DNA of 64,000 nt from the NCBI RefSeq assembly GCF_009914755.1, contig NC_060934.1. One strand, given 5' to 3'. Position 1 is the first letter of the stretch, and every line of letters begins with the position of its first letter. Source of the DNA: the human T2T-CHM13v2.0 reference genome, Homo sapiens. The translations under genes and the position numbers were made by a program. This document shows positions 1 through 16,362 of the stretch, in pieces. The notes under the pieces were generated by a model, which ran no database searches, was not told where the DNA came from, and saw only the letters and a list, made by a program, of their open reading frames with translations.

Positions 1-371
1 TAGTACTGACAAATTCACCTGCTCTAAACCCTTGGATGCCTTTAGAAATTAGGAGCTCAGAGTGCAGTGTGGAGGTCCACAGTCTAAAAACAGCAAGGCT
101 CCTTTATTTGTAACACGGAATGTATTCAATTTTCTACTTGGGAAAAGATTGTAGATCTTTGGTCCAAAAACATCATCAGAAGGCTGAGGGCCCTTTTCTC
201 CTTTTTATGCTTTAATTTTGAACTAAATCATTATTTGAGTACTTCTAACATTTAAAAAAAAAATCAACGACACTGAATAATTTTTACCACCAAAGAATAG
301 AAATATAACCAGGCATATATGGTATATATATAAGTTAATTTAAAGATTTCTAAATTAGATATGATGCAGTT

Positions 372-699
372 GGCTGGGCGCTGTGGCTCACGCCTGTAAT
401 CCCAGCACTTTGGGAGGACGAGGTGGGTGGATCACGAGGTCGCGAGATCGAGACCATCCTGGCTAAAACAGTGAAACCTCATCTCTACTAAAAATACAAA
501 AAAATTAGCTGGGCCTGGTGGCGGGCACCTGTAGTGCCAGCTACTCGGAGAGGCTGAGGCAGGAGAATGGTGTGAACCCGGGAGGCAGAGCTTGCAGTGA
601 GCTGAGATTGTGCCACTGCACTCCAGCCTGGGCGACAGAGCAAGACTCCGTCTCAAAAAAATAAATAAATAAATAAATAAAAATAAGAATAATAAAAAA
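372..699 (+). mobile_element. AluY with 15-bp TSD
   Basis: Full Alu dimer with AluY-like diagnostics; TSD AGATATGATGCAGTT at 357-371 and 700-714. Confidence 0.9.
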
Positions 700-1025
700 A
701 GATATGATGCAGTTAATCATACTAATTACTAATCTGATTCTCCTCTTATGCTTCAAAATTCAGCATCGTTACTTGCAACTCTTCCTATTCATTTTATTTT
801 ATTTTTTGCAGACTAATAGTCCATTCCCACTTCCTTATTTATCTGCCCTATGTAGTTCTAAACATACCTACAAATATATGTCTCTCCCCTGTGACAAGAT
901 ACATTTAAATAAAGTTACTTTATTAATAAAAAAATTAATTAGGGATACTATGATTATAATATTTAGGAAAGAGGGAAACTAACTATGGATCATCTGGATC
1001 ATCTTTTTAAAAAATTATATAATTC

Positions 1026-1320
<295 letters not shown>

Positions 1321-1467
1321 TATAATGTAATATAATAATATATAATTCATAAGCTGGGCATTCAAAAATCTCGAATACATTTGTTGAAAATGTGCTTAGT
1401 GAAGAAAGAACATCAAGTTTACATAACTTGATGTCTATAAATGTACTACTAAAAAATTAATTATAAT

Positions 1468-2089
1468 TGTAAACCAAAAATAAAATTCTGAGCCCCCTAA
1501 CCAACTGATGGGCCCTGACTCTAGGTCAAGGGCATTCCAAAGAAACCTGAAAAACTAGTTCAGGTCACGATGGGAAGAGAGTCAGACATGTCTCATGACA
1601 CCCTCCTCCCTTTAGAATTCAGGCATGACTGACCAGCATTAATGTTAAATCAGAGATCTTAAGACTGACAAAGCAGACTCTTTATAGCAATAAGACAGCA
1701 AATTCCAACCTGACTCCAGTTTAGCATCACAGGACAGATAGCAGGCCCTGAAAGAAACTGAAATATTTTACCCCAAAATATATTTCTTTGACATATTTTG
1801 AAACGGCCCTGCAAAGTTGTCTCTTGTGGGGGAAAAGTCTATGTCCTGTAGAGAATCCCCTTCCCTTTCTGGATTTTTTTTGCTGGTCCAAAAGAGAATT
1901 AACTAACAGCCTGGCCCCTTTTTAGGCCTGATAAGAGCTCTGAAGCCTGCTGCGTAGAGGCTTCCTCTGCATGATAAAATCTTGATCTCCACAACCCCTC
2001 ATCTTAACCCAGATACTCCTTTCTATTGATCCCAGATCTTCAGATAATGACTCTTTCAACCGGTTGCCAACCAGAGAATCTTTGAATCT
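1468..2089 (+). mobile_element. ERV1 LTR, MER4-group (MER4B/D-like), 3' truncated
   Basis: Begins TGTAAACCAAAAATAAAATTCT..., matching recalled MER4-group consensus. Confidence 0.7.
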
Positions 2090-2395
2090 GGCCAGGGGCA
2101 GTGGCTCACGCCTGTAATCCCCACACTTTGGGAGGCCAAGGTGGGGAGATCACTTGAGACCTGGAGCTCGAGACCAGCCTGGCCAACATGGCAAAACCCC
2201 GCCTCTACTAAAAATTAAAACATTAGCCAGGTGTGGTGGTACACACCTGTAGTCCCAGCTATTTGGGAGGCTCAGGCACAAGAATCACTTGAACTTGGGA
2301 GGCAGAGGTTGCAGGGAGCTGAGATTGCACCACTGCACTGCAGCCTGGGCTACAGAGTAAGACTCTGTCTCAAAAAAAAAAAAAAAAAAAAGAAA
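2090..2395 (+). mobile_element. AluS
   Basis: Alu dimer with poly(A); no TSD evident. Confidence 0.9.
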
Positions 2396-2801
2396 GAAAG
2401 TTTATTTTGCCAAGACTAAGGACACATGCCTATGACACAGCCTCAGGAGGTTCTGACAATATGTGCCCAAGGTGGTCAGTGCACAGCTTGGTTTTACAGA
2501 TTTTAGGGAGATGTCAGACATCAATCAACATATGTAAGATGAACCTTGGTTAGGTCCAGAAAGGTGGGACAACTCAAAACAAAGGCAGGACGGCATAGGG
2601 TAAATAAGACAAAAGTGTTTGCATTATCTTGAGGTTCTAATTAGCCTTTCCAAAGGAAGCAATTAGATATGCATTTATCTCAGTGAGCAGAGGGATGACT
2701 TTGAAAAGAAACGGAAGCAGGTTTGTCCTAAGCAGTTCCCAGCTTGATTTTCCCTTTAGCTCAGTGATTTTTGGTGTCCCAAGGTTTATTTGCCTTTCAT
2801 A
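2396..2801 (-). mobile_element. MER4A-like LTR (truncated)
   Basis: Clear paralogy with 56714-57423; matches reverse complement of recalled MER4A. Confidence 0.75.
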
Positions 2802-3507
2802 CATTTATAATCATGTCTTTGTTCCAGCCCTCAAAATTCAATACGATTGAATAAATATCCTTTCCACCATTTTGTAGGCCCTGAAATGAAAAGAAAGATG
2901 TAAGAGGCATTCATATATTTACACATAGTAATTGCATATTTCTGTTTTGGTTTGAGTCTTATTGGATATATGTAAACTTCCTCAAACTGAAAGAATGTAT
3001 TGTTCTTATGAGAAAATGTAAGTTCGTTGATTTACGTGATTTAAATGTTGATTTATTCAACAATCACTGTACTAATGGAAAGCCCAAATGAAGATTCAAC
3101 AGGGAAAAGATAACCATCATTTCCTTACCTGAAGAGTCTGTAATCTAGGAAATGGGCAAGTAACTGCATGATGCATTTATAAGGCTTGGTACGTTCATGG
3201 GCTGTTAAGCACAGGCTGTTATAAATGTAGACGAGAGGCAGACTTGCAAGGAAGCAGCATCATTGAAATTGAGACCTTATAGATGAACAGGCATTACGCA
3301 GATGAAGAACGTCCAAGCAAAGGAAACAGTATGTACAAAAGCCTAGAGATTAAAGAGACAGGGCCTATTTAGGGGGAATAATGTTGTTTCCTATGAGTGG
3401 AAGATAAAGGAGAGACACACGGTTGAGTGCTGAGAGAAGAGGGCTGAACAGGAAGCTAGACCTGGTCACCAAGAACACTGCAAACTGTATTAAGAAAAGC
3501 AATGACG

Positions 3508-3645
3508 CCCGGCACGGTGGCTTCTCATGCTGCCCATGGTCCCAGCTACTTGGGAGGCTGAGGTGGGTCAACTCCTGAGCCAAGGAGTTCCAGGCTGCAG
3601 TGAGCTATGATCGCATCACTGCACTCCAGCCTGGGTGACAGAGTC
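3508..3645 (+). mobile_element. Alu monomer (FLAM-like)
   Basis: Single Alu arm. Confidence 0.75.
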
Positions 3646-4145
3646 ACATAGGATCTTAAGCAGAAGGATAACAGTATGAGATTTGTGCTTAAGAGATATA
3701 ATAATAATGATGATAATAACAATAATGATTGCTAACCATTCCCTGTGTAAAGAATATGTCAAATAGTTTGCTAAATGTTTTACATCATACACTTTGTAAC
3801 ATATGTTTCAAGTAAGATCACTGTGGCTGACAACAAAAGCTTTACAAATTAAAATAGAAAGCAGAAAAGAGAAACATTTTTGTTTGCTTAAATAGGGCTT
3901 TGCTCCATAATTACCAGCACAAGTGTGGCTTATATGAAGTGTGAACCTTGGCTAAAGAGATGATGATTTCACAATGTAAACAAACAGGGCACTTTTCATT
4001 CTGGGAACACAGAATTATTTGGAAAAAAATGGTTAAACTATAGTAAGTAGGTTTGATTTATGTTTAATCTATTTTCTCATAGTGCAGGGAAATAACTATG
4101 TTTGCTTAATAATTGTGTGTGTGTACTGAGGTTAGTGGAGATTCA

Positions 4146-4499
<354 letters not shown>

Positions 4500-4903
4500 T
4501 TACCTTAAGTCATGAAGCTATACATAAAGGTTTTGAAAAGACATAAAGCTATCAGAAGGATAGCATCTTTTACTGATAGCTTTTTCAAAGGCATTATTGA
4601 AATGATTAGCTATAGAAATTCTCATAAAGTTACTTTGCAAGCCACAGGCTAGATATGCTCCCAGAAATGATATTAAATATTTTTAATATTTATTAATATC
4701 AGAAAGAATTCAGGTCATGGAGCTGGAGGCTCCTTGCTGGTTTCTGAGTGCTGTGTAGATTCAGAGATCTAAGAGAGGGACCATACAGGCACAAGGACAT
4801 CTGGGGACCTTGGAAGCCATAGGATGTTGGCTGTTCACCAACGAATATGGAAGTATTTCAATATTTTATTTCCAATCTGTATGACTATACCAGTAGCTGT
4901 TAG

Positions 4904-5250
<347 letters not shown>

Positions 5251-5429
5251 TTATCAGCTGTGTATGTTTCTGGTTTTAGTATGAATAGGAAGAGTTATAT
5301 AAAGATGGCATGATGGTAATCACATGTATAAGGTTACAAGAAAAATATACTCAGAGAACACTGCATTTGAAAACAACCAATAAATTTTATATCCCACAGA
5401 TAGATTGTGTGGCACAGAAAATGAATCAT

Positions 5430-5730
5430 GGCTGAGCACGGTGGCTCATGACTGTAATCTCCCCGCTTTGGAAAGCCGAGGCAGGAGAATCACATGAGCC
5501 CAGGAGCTCAAGACCAGCCTAGGCAACATAGTGAGACCTCATCTCAACAAAAAATTTCAAAATTAGCTGGGTATGGTGGTGTGCACCTATAGTCTCAGCT
5601 ACTCAGGAGGCTGAGCTGGGAGAGTCACTTGAGAACCCACGAGGTTGAGGCTGCAGTGAGCCATGATTGTGCCACTGCACCCCAGCCTAAGCAACAGAGT
5701 GAGACCCTGTTTCAAAAAGAGAGAGAGGGA

Positions 5731-5762
<32 letters not shown>

Positions 5763-5775
5763 TTGAGAGAAAGAA
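5430..5775 (+). mobile_element. AluJ with (GA)n tail
   Basis: Diverged Alu followed by GA microsatellite. Confidence 0.85.
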
Positions 5776-6420
5776 AAAATATGAGTCAGAACCTCAAAAC
5801 AGTGCATAAGCAGAACTCAAATCTAAAAAGTTTAATATTTAGCATAATGGGGATTTATTGTATTAAAACATTGGAAGAAACATAGTTTTGGTTCTCCACT
5901 CTATAGGATACAAAATTGACAGAATGAACTCTCATTTTCAGATATTTATTAAACTGAATATATAAGAATATTGGGAGCCAAAATAACTCTCTCTTTTTTT
6001 TTTTTTTTGGCAAGTACATCTCCTTGTCAAGGTGTATGGTGGGAGGTGATAGAGTAGAACTTGGAAAGCAAGGATATGTCAGGACTGCTCCTTGTTACTG
6101 CGTGATCTTTGACAAGTTCATTTATTAGAGTACTAGTCTAGCTTCTGTAAGATCAAAGAAGAGTGGCTTAAATAAAATACCTTAATTTATGTCTCTCTCA
6201 CTTAAAAGTTCATGTGAGAACTTTTAAGTAGGCCACTTCATGTGGTCATCTGCAGACTTGGGTTTTTCCATGCCATAAATTATGTTTCTTATCTACATTA
6301 TCAAAGCTGATTCAACACCACAAACAACGTTCCTGTCTGCTGGGAATGGGGAAAATACAAGGAAGTGGAAGAAACTCCTTTAAAAGGTATGATCTATAAG
6401 TTACAATCATTTCTGGGCAC

Positions 6421-6945
<525 letters not shown>

Positions 6946-7009
6946 CCGCACATTTTGAAATAGTGGAAACTGGTCAGAGTAGTTAAAGGTGGCAGGTTTT
7001 GATAGTTGT

Positions 7010-7152
7010 TCACCACTGCATTCCAGCCTGAGTGGCAGAGAGAGACCTGTCTCGGGAGAGGAAGGGAAAGGAAAGGGGAAAGGAAAGGGGAAAGGAAAGG
7101 GGAAAGGAAAAAGGAAAGGAAAAAGGAAAGGAAAGGAAAGGGAGAAGAGAAG
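7010..7152 (+). repeat. Alu 3' fragment with (GGAAA/GGGAAA)n polypurine tail
   Basis: CACCACTGCATTCCAGCCTG...CTGTCTC followed by ~90 bp of pure purines. Confidence 0.8.
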
Positions 7153-7584
7153 AAATGTGGAGAATGGAGAATTGTATTAAATGATCAGTCTGTAGAAACC
7201 ACCTAGCCCAGCACCTAGCGCATATTAAGCAGTCAGTAGTAGTTAGTTCTTCCCTTCCTATCTTTATGCAACAGTAGCTCTGATGTTGTTCATAGGATTC
7301 TTGTTTCTATAGGGCCTAGCTAGGTAAAAATGCAACCTGGTGTAAGGAACAGCCTTGTTGTGCCAGTTCAGTTGTTGTTCTTCATTCTGTGCCACATCCA
7401 TGAAGATGTATTCACAAGTTTTACTAGTTCATATTTTACTATTCTGTAGAATCTGAATAGTACTGAAGGGCCCCTGAATCTCCTTCTATTTTGGCGAAAT
7501 GAATTTGGAGACATAAAGGAAGACTATCTCGGAAATTTGAAGCATCCCATTGGGATCTAAGCTTTGAAGAAGAGGCTGGTCCAT

Positions 7585-7913
<329 letters not shown>

Positions 7914-8009
7914 CTACCTTGCCTTCCCTTCAGCTTTTTCTCTCCCACCCTCCACTTTCCCAAAATATATCCCAAGGAACTAGCCTCTATTGGGGGCCAT
8001 CGCCCTTTG

Positions 8010-8620
<611 letters not shown>

Positions 8621-8779
8621 CTTTTCTATCCAGACCTAGGTCCTAGGTTCCTCAGACCTTTTGTGTAGTAGCTCCCAACTTTTCTGAACAACCCCAATAT
8701 ATCAGACTTAAGATATCCTCCATCCATTATTATGTAAAGGAAAAGTCCTGTTTCCCTTCTAATTGTATTCCCCTTATTT

Positions 8780-9000
8780 TTTATTTTAACTTTTAATTTT
8801 TTGGGTACATAGTAGGCATATATGTATTTATGGAGTACAGGAGATATTTTGGTACAGGAATGCAATGTGTAATAATCACGTCATGGAAAAGAGGATACTA
8901 TCCCCTCGAGCATTTATCCTTTGTGTTACCAACAATCCAGTTATACTCTTTTAGTTATTTTTAAATGTACAATTAAGTTATTATGACTGGATTCACCCGG
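8780..9000 (-). mobile_element. L1 3' end (L1MA-like)
   Basis: Typical reverse L1MA 3' terminus. Confidence 0.7.
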
Positions 9001-9029
9001 TTTATTTTCCTTATTTTTATAATAGCTAG

Positions 9030-9530
9030 TCTCCAAGATGGCGCCCAGTATTCTTTACCTCATGGCATACACTTTCATTTTACCCTCACCCCTCACTTTC
9101 TTGTATAGCCTCCTCTCGCACTGAGTCAAAGCTGACCCATGTGGTGGAAGTGATGTTGTGTGACTTCCAAGACTAGGTCATAAAGGGCATCAAATCTTTT
9201 GCATTCCTCCTTTTTGAATCCCTGGCTCTCAGGGAAGCAAGCCACCATGCCGTGAAAACACTCAGTCAGTCCTGGCAAAACCCATGTGTCAACAGCCAGC
9301 AACAACCCACACTTGTTGGGGTGAGCCACCTTGGAAGCAGAACCTCCTGCCCCAGTCAAGCCTCCCAATGGCCGCAGCCTCTGCTGACATCAGACTCTGT
9401 TCTCATGAGCCACTAAGCCAAGCTTTTCTGAATTTCTGATCTGTAAAAATTGAAGAGACAGTAAATATGTATTGTCATTTTAAGCCATTATGTTTTGGGG
9501 TGATTTGTTGCATAACAATAAAGAATTAAT
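9030..9530 (+). mobile_element. MaLR LTR (MLT1-like)
   Basis: MLT1 motifs, e.g. CCAGTCAAGCCT... and TTTAAGCCA...TTTTGGGGTGATTTGTT. Confidence 0.65.
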
Positions 9531-9562
9531 ATGCTGTTGATTTTTACTCTATTTTGTTAGAC

Positions 9563-9927
9563 TTGGTATAAGTCCACCCTCACACTGCTCTAAAGAACTA
9601 TGTGAGACTGGGTAATTTATGAAGAAAAGAAGTTTAATTGACTCACAGTTCTGCAGGCTGTTCAGGAAGCATGGGTGAGAGGCCTCAGGAAACTTACAAT
9701 CATGAAGGAAGGTGAAGAGGATGCAAACACGTAGAGAGAGCAAAGCAGGGAGATGCCACACACTTTTAAACAACCAGATCTCCTAAGAATTCATTCACTA
9801 TCACAAGAACAGCAAGGGGGATATCTGCCCCCATGATCCAATCACCTCCTACCAGGCCCCATGTCCAACACTTGGTTTCACAATTTAACATAAGATTTGG
9901 GTGGGGACACAGAGCCAAACCATATCA
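9563..9927 (-). mobile_element. MaLR LTR (MST-like)
   Basis: GAGACTGGGTAATTTATGAAGAAAAG...AAACCATATCA. Confidence 0.8.
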
Positions 9928-10774
9928 TTTATCATGTATTTCTTTTCTCAAATGTTCTCCCACTGTATTTATTGGGCGTTTTCCTGAGTGAATCGCTGCT
10001 ATTTTTCAATTAAAATGCACTCAAGAAATTGAAGAAGAATGGAATGCAAAGTTTTCAAGGGAAAGATGATACACATTGGTGTGTTGCGATCAGCCAGTAA
10101 TAGACTAAAGTTCTTTAGGAATTATTTCTTTCTAAAATATAATTCACAGTTTTCCATATAATCCTCCCCTTTAATTCATTCCAATTTACTTTCATGAATG
10201 GAAGGGAAAGGACTTCTTTTGCATGCTGTAAGACAGAAACACCAATGACCCGCAACCTGCCTTATCTGTGAGCAATTCCTGCAGGTACACCATTAATAGT
10301 TGTAGTGATAACAAGTTTACTTTTTACCTTTTCACAATTCCCCCCAAATCACAGTATATATGTGAAAGTATAACATTTGTGAAAGTTATACACACCATGA
10401 TCAATAAGTAAATACTAATTGAGAACCCATTCTTAGAACAAATGAATGAAATTTCACATATGAAATATACTTTCTTCTATAATACATCCTATTTTTCCTA
10501 TCCACAGTGACCATCATTGTGTATGGGCAGAATATACATATGATTACGAAGACTGTGGGATGCCTAACTTAGGCATCCTGGTAATGATTGGTAATGGTTA
10601 TGACTGATATAAATATCAGTCATGTGATGAACCATTAATTATTAAAACAGGCAAGTAATTAGCTTGACCATAATGACTTCAAGCACAGATTCCTATTGCA
10701 CAACGGAGTTCACTGTATTTAGCCTTAATCTTTTATTCCCATACCCTTAGAAAGAACACTGCAATTAAAGTTTC

Positions 10775-10940
<166 letters not shown>

Positions 10941-11893
10941 TAATTTACTATCCTTTTTCTTCCCAATCTTCCCTTTATTCCCAAGATACTATGATTTCTT
11001 CTTTTGAGGTTCCTTCTAGATTTATCTTCCTGGGAATCTAATGAGATGATAATATTGAGACCACCTATTAAGGTAGGTTTTAACCTTAATCCTGGAAATG
11101 TTCATGTCTTTGATGCTACAAGCAGCTCTAAGCACCTCACACTTAAGAAAACCTGTACAAGGGCTAATTTTTGCTCTTCCAATGAAAACACACATCTAGG
11201 CTTGGGTTTCAAAGCCTTCTAGTGGCTGGCTCATTCTCACTACTCTGCTTCCACACTGTCCATTTTTCAACATGGCCAGACTCCTGACTCTCCTGCTTCT
11301 GCCATATTTCAAGTCCAGAATAGGGTCTTCATTGCTTCAAACGAGACTTCTATCCTTTAGGACAAAATTAACTTCGTATCTCATTTATGCAACTTTACTA
11401 GACAAAACATACTATAGATATGGGATCTGTCAAAGTTTTTAGTTGCAAGCAACAGCATTCTCTCTAAGTAGCTTTAAATATATAAAATGATCTTAGAAAG
11501 TTCAGAGAATTCTCCAGAGAGCTAAGTTGGAACAACCCCACACTGTAGAAGGGATTGCTCCAGGGAAGACATCAATCCCCCTGCCAATGTATATGGACAG
11601 CACGGTTTGTATGGATATTGCTGGGGACTCTGGCACAAGATGGACCACACTTCAGCTTCTTCCTGTTACTCATTGCAGGATTTAAGTCCTGGGTGAGTGA
11701 GTGTGTTTGACGGATGGAGCCTCAGTTGAATCCTGGACATTGCTTCATGGGTACCTGGGAGAATGAATCCAGGCTTTTATCTGGCAGAAGAAGGGCTCTT
11801 AATGTGAGGAAAGTGTGTTTAAAAAGACCCTGGGCAGTGACAAACATGACAAATGCCCTCCAAAGTCAGTAACTCTTAAAACTCTGTGTATTA

Positions 11894-12260
11894 GGCCTGG
11901 CACAGTGGCTCATGCCTATAATCCCAGCACTTTGGGAGGTTGAAGCCGGAGGATCACTGGAGCACAGGAGTTCAAGGTCAGTCTGGGCAACACAGAGAAA
12001 CCTCGCCTCTACAAAAACAAATTAGCTAGGCATGGTGGCACACACTTGTAGTCTCAGCTGCTTGGGAGGCTAACACAGGAGGATCACTTGAGCCCAGGAG
12101 GTTGAGTTTACAGCCTGGGTGACAGAGTGAGACCTTGTCTCAAAACAAACACACAAACAAAACAAAAAAATCTGTGTGTGCTATGAGCTATGATCATGCC
12201 AGTGCTCTCCAGCCTGGATGACAGAGACCCTGTCTCAAAAAAAAAAAAAAAAAAAAAAAA
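11894..12260 (+). mobile_element. AluJ with duplicated/rearranged 3' end
   Basis: Alu body followed by two 3' termini and two A-tails. Confidence 0.8.
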
Positions 12261-13084
12261 CCCCTGAAACCCCAAAACAACAACTCTATGGGCTATGTGT
12301 CATTCAACATGAGTATGAGTATTAATCTATTCAGCAGCCATGATTTTATTTAGGGTCCACTTCTAACAAAATTGTGAAGTCAACCTCTCACTTAACTTCT
12401 TAGCATACTTTTCTCCAATCCTAGACTCTCTATTTCTCTCTCTCTTTCTTTTTCTCTCTCTCTTTCTTTTTCTCTCTCTCTCTTTCTCGGTGTTTTTCTG
12501 TGTTTCTTCTGGGAAACTTACTCTTACTTATCATCAGGGTACTCTTATCTTTTCATGGAATTGTGGCTGGGTAGGCAGAGGAAGGGAACACTTCTGAGGT
12601 CTCCAACGTTATTAGCCATCTGGCTGCTTGCTCTTTGAGCCCAGCCCGGGTATTATGCAGGCATTTGTATTGAAATGTTCTAAAAGTTCTAAGAAATTGT
12701 ATTTTGGTGAAGGCCAGTATGTTTCATAATTTAGTTATCCCATTTACACTCTAAGCTTTTAAAAGTTGTTTCCATATCATTTCCTACAGCATAAGTGTCA
12801 TATAATTTTAAGGTTGAAAGAAATCATGGAGATCATTAAACCTTCTTTTGTAGAAGGAATAATTAAGAGCCAGGGAGATGTAATGATCTGTTCAAAGTCA
12901 AACAATTAGTTTTGAGGCTGGGAGTAGAATCTGAAGGTCCCGATTCTAGCTTACATTAGCAAATTATAAGACATTCACCAAATATCAGAGATCCTAGGTG
13001 TTCATGGGTATGATAGAGGAATGAATGCTATAAGAGGAAATAGAGAAAAATGAAAATAACTATTTTCCATCTCAGTTATTAATA

Positions 13085-13211
13085 GGTTGATCATATATTC
13101 TATATTTTCTAGGCACTCCCAATTTACACCTGATATCTGAAATAATTATTAATAAGAACCCTTTTTACTCTAAAAATGTACTGGTTCAGAACATAAATTA
13201 CAGGTTACTTA
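13085..13211. mobile_element. MER94-like hAT-Blackjack MITE
   Basis: TAATTATTAATAAGAACCCTTTTTACTCTAAAAATGTACTGGTTC resembles recalled MER94. Confidence 0.55.
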
Positions 13212-13667
13212 AAGAAACACATTAAAAAATTGCATTGTTTTTCAATGATTCCATTTGCTCAGAAAATGTATTGAAGTGAGAGTTGGCCTGTACTGTAAAT
13301 ACAATAACCTATCAGAGTAAAACTGAAGCTGTAATGCATTGGTTTTCAAATTCCAAGTCACAGTCATTAGTGGGCCATGAAATGAACTTAAGTTATAATT
13401 GACATTTAAAATAAGGAATAAAATGGAATATAAAATAGAATGCAGTATAGGTAGTAACAATGCATGTTATTTTATGAAACATCTCAGTTATACAAACATA
13501 CACATGTCTTTATGTAGGGATGCTACAAAATTTCTAAAATACTCAAGAATAACTCATTTATTTAAATGCTATTAAAGATGTTGAAGTGTATTTTTAACAT
13601 AAAAGATATTTTGACATATCAAGTAAAAAATAGATGACAGAATAGTATCCCTTTTTTTTTAAAGTCA

Positions 13668-13670
<3 letters not shown>

Positions 13671-13720
<50 letters not shown>
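13671..13720. repeat. (TG)25 microsatellite
   Basis: Directly visible. Confidence 0.97.
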
Positions 13721-13723
<3 letters not shown>

Positions 13724-13921
13724 CAGGGTGTCTTAACCTTGGTACTATTGACATTTTGGGACAAATAATTATTTTTTGTAAAGGGCTGTCCTATACAGGA
13801 TAGGATCTTTAGCAGATCATCGATCTCTACCCACAACATGCCAGGAGCAGCTCTCCTTCCAGATGTTACAACCAAAAAATGCCTCCAGACCTTGCCAAAC
13901 TGCTGTGGTTGGGAACCGCTG
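13724..13921 (+). mobile_element. MER20 (hAT-Charlie)
   Basis: CAG...AACCTTGGTACTATTGACATTTTGG...GGGAACCGCTG. Confidence 0.75.
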
Positions 13922-13964
13922 ATACAGATATAATTGAAGAAGAAGTTGTCACATTTATAGGTGG

Positions 13965-14580
<616 letters not shown>

Positions 14581-14785
14581 CCTGGGAGGACTATTTTTAA
14601 AAAATTGTTTCTCTCTCTCTTCTGCTTATTTATAGCTTTCGACTTTTTTGTGATGACCATGTATTATTTTCATAATAATAAATCCCATAAAAACTATTTA
14701 CATTTAAAACAATGTGTTGGCTTCATAGTAGTTACATTTATAATTTCAACCATCAAGAAGATTCTTAAGGAAAAAAATACGTTCC

Positions 14786-15415
14786 TGTGAAAGGGAAACA
14801 ATTATTTTTTCTCTGCAATTTCTACTCAACACAGAACACTTCTGTGACCAGGTGTAGGGGTTTTTCTCTACACACCAAGCAGTTCTGTGGTGGACACCAA
14901 CTAGGTGTCCTATAATTCAGTTTAATTCTGACACTATCTACCTGGAGTTAGAGTCAGATCCCAGAGGTTGAGGGCTCTGTCCCACAAGACTGACCTCACT
15001 TCAGACATCAATTGCAAGTAGTAGGTTGTTACCTATACCTCTGACCGACTGGTTGCAATCTGGGGGTCCCATGATCCCCTACTTTGGTTTGATTAATTTG
15101 CTAGGATGGTTCACAGGACTCAGAGAAATAATTGCATTTATTAGTGTATTATTATTAATGAAGAGTATTACAAAGAATAGAGATGAAAAGATACAGAGGC
15201 TGAAGTATGGAGGAGAGAGAATAGAGCTTTCATTGTCCAAGAGTTTTTATGAAGTTTAATCTCCAGTGTCCCCCACAACCCCTTTCCTGGAAGTTGGTGG
15301 GTGGGGCTGAAACTTTCGACCCTCTAATCCTCTAATCACTTGCTCTTTCTGTTGATCAGCCCCATCCTGGGGCTAATCAGGGGTCCCACCCTAAGTCACC
15401 TCATTAGCAGAAACT
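14786..15415. mobile_element. MER21-like LTR
   Basis: AATTCTGACACTATCTACCTGGAGTTAG...GTCCCACAAGACTG motif. Confidence 0.7.
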
Positions 15416-15720
15416 CTGCCTGTAATCCCAGCATTTTGAGAGACTGAGGTATGAGGATCGGTCAAGCTCTGGAGTTCAAAACCAGCCTGGGCAACATAGA
15501 GAGACCTCCTCTCCACTAAAAATAAAAAAAATTAGCCAGGCATGGTGGCACACACCTGTAGTCTCAGCTACTCTGGAGGCTGAAGTGGGAGGATCAGTTG
15601 ACCCTAGGAGGTTGAGGCTACAGTGATACATGATTGCACCACTGCACTACAGCCTGAGTGACAGAGCAAGACCCTGTCTCGAAATAAATAAATAATAAAT
15701 TAAATACAAAAAAAAAAAAG
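15416..15720 (+). mobile_element. AluJ
   Basis: 5'-clipped Alu dimer with A tail. Confidence 0.85.
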
Positions 15721-16050
15721 AATAAGGTGGAGCTACATATTGTGACATGAAACGTGTCCAGTATATACTAATTAAGTAAAGAAAAAAGTATAGTGCAGAG
15801 AAAATATGTACCATATAATCCTGTAATGCCAAATTTTTGCTCACATGTGTATGATATATATAATCTATATATGCGTATTAAAAAGTCTGAAAATATATAC
15901 AATAAATGTAAACAGTAGTTACCACTGGAGTGGGAGATGAGGGAGATGGGATGGGATGTAAAGGAATTTTACTTCTATTTTTACACATGTGCATTGCTTT
16001 AATTTTTTAACACACTTTTTTAAATTAAATAAAAAGCAATATTAAAGTAA

Positions 16051-16362
<312 letters not shown>

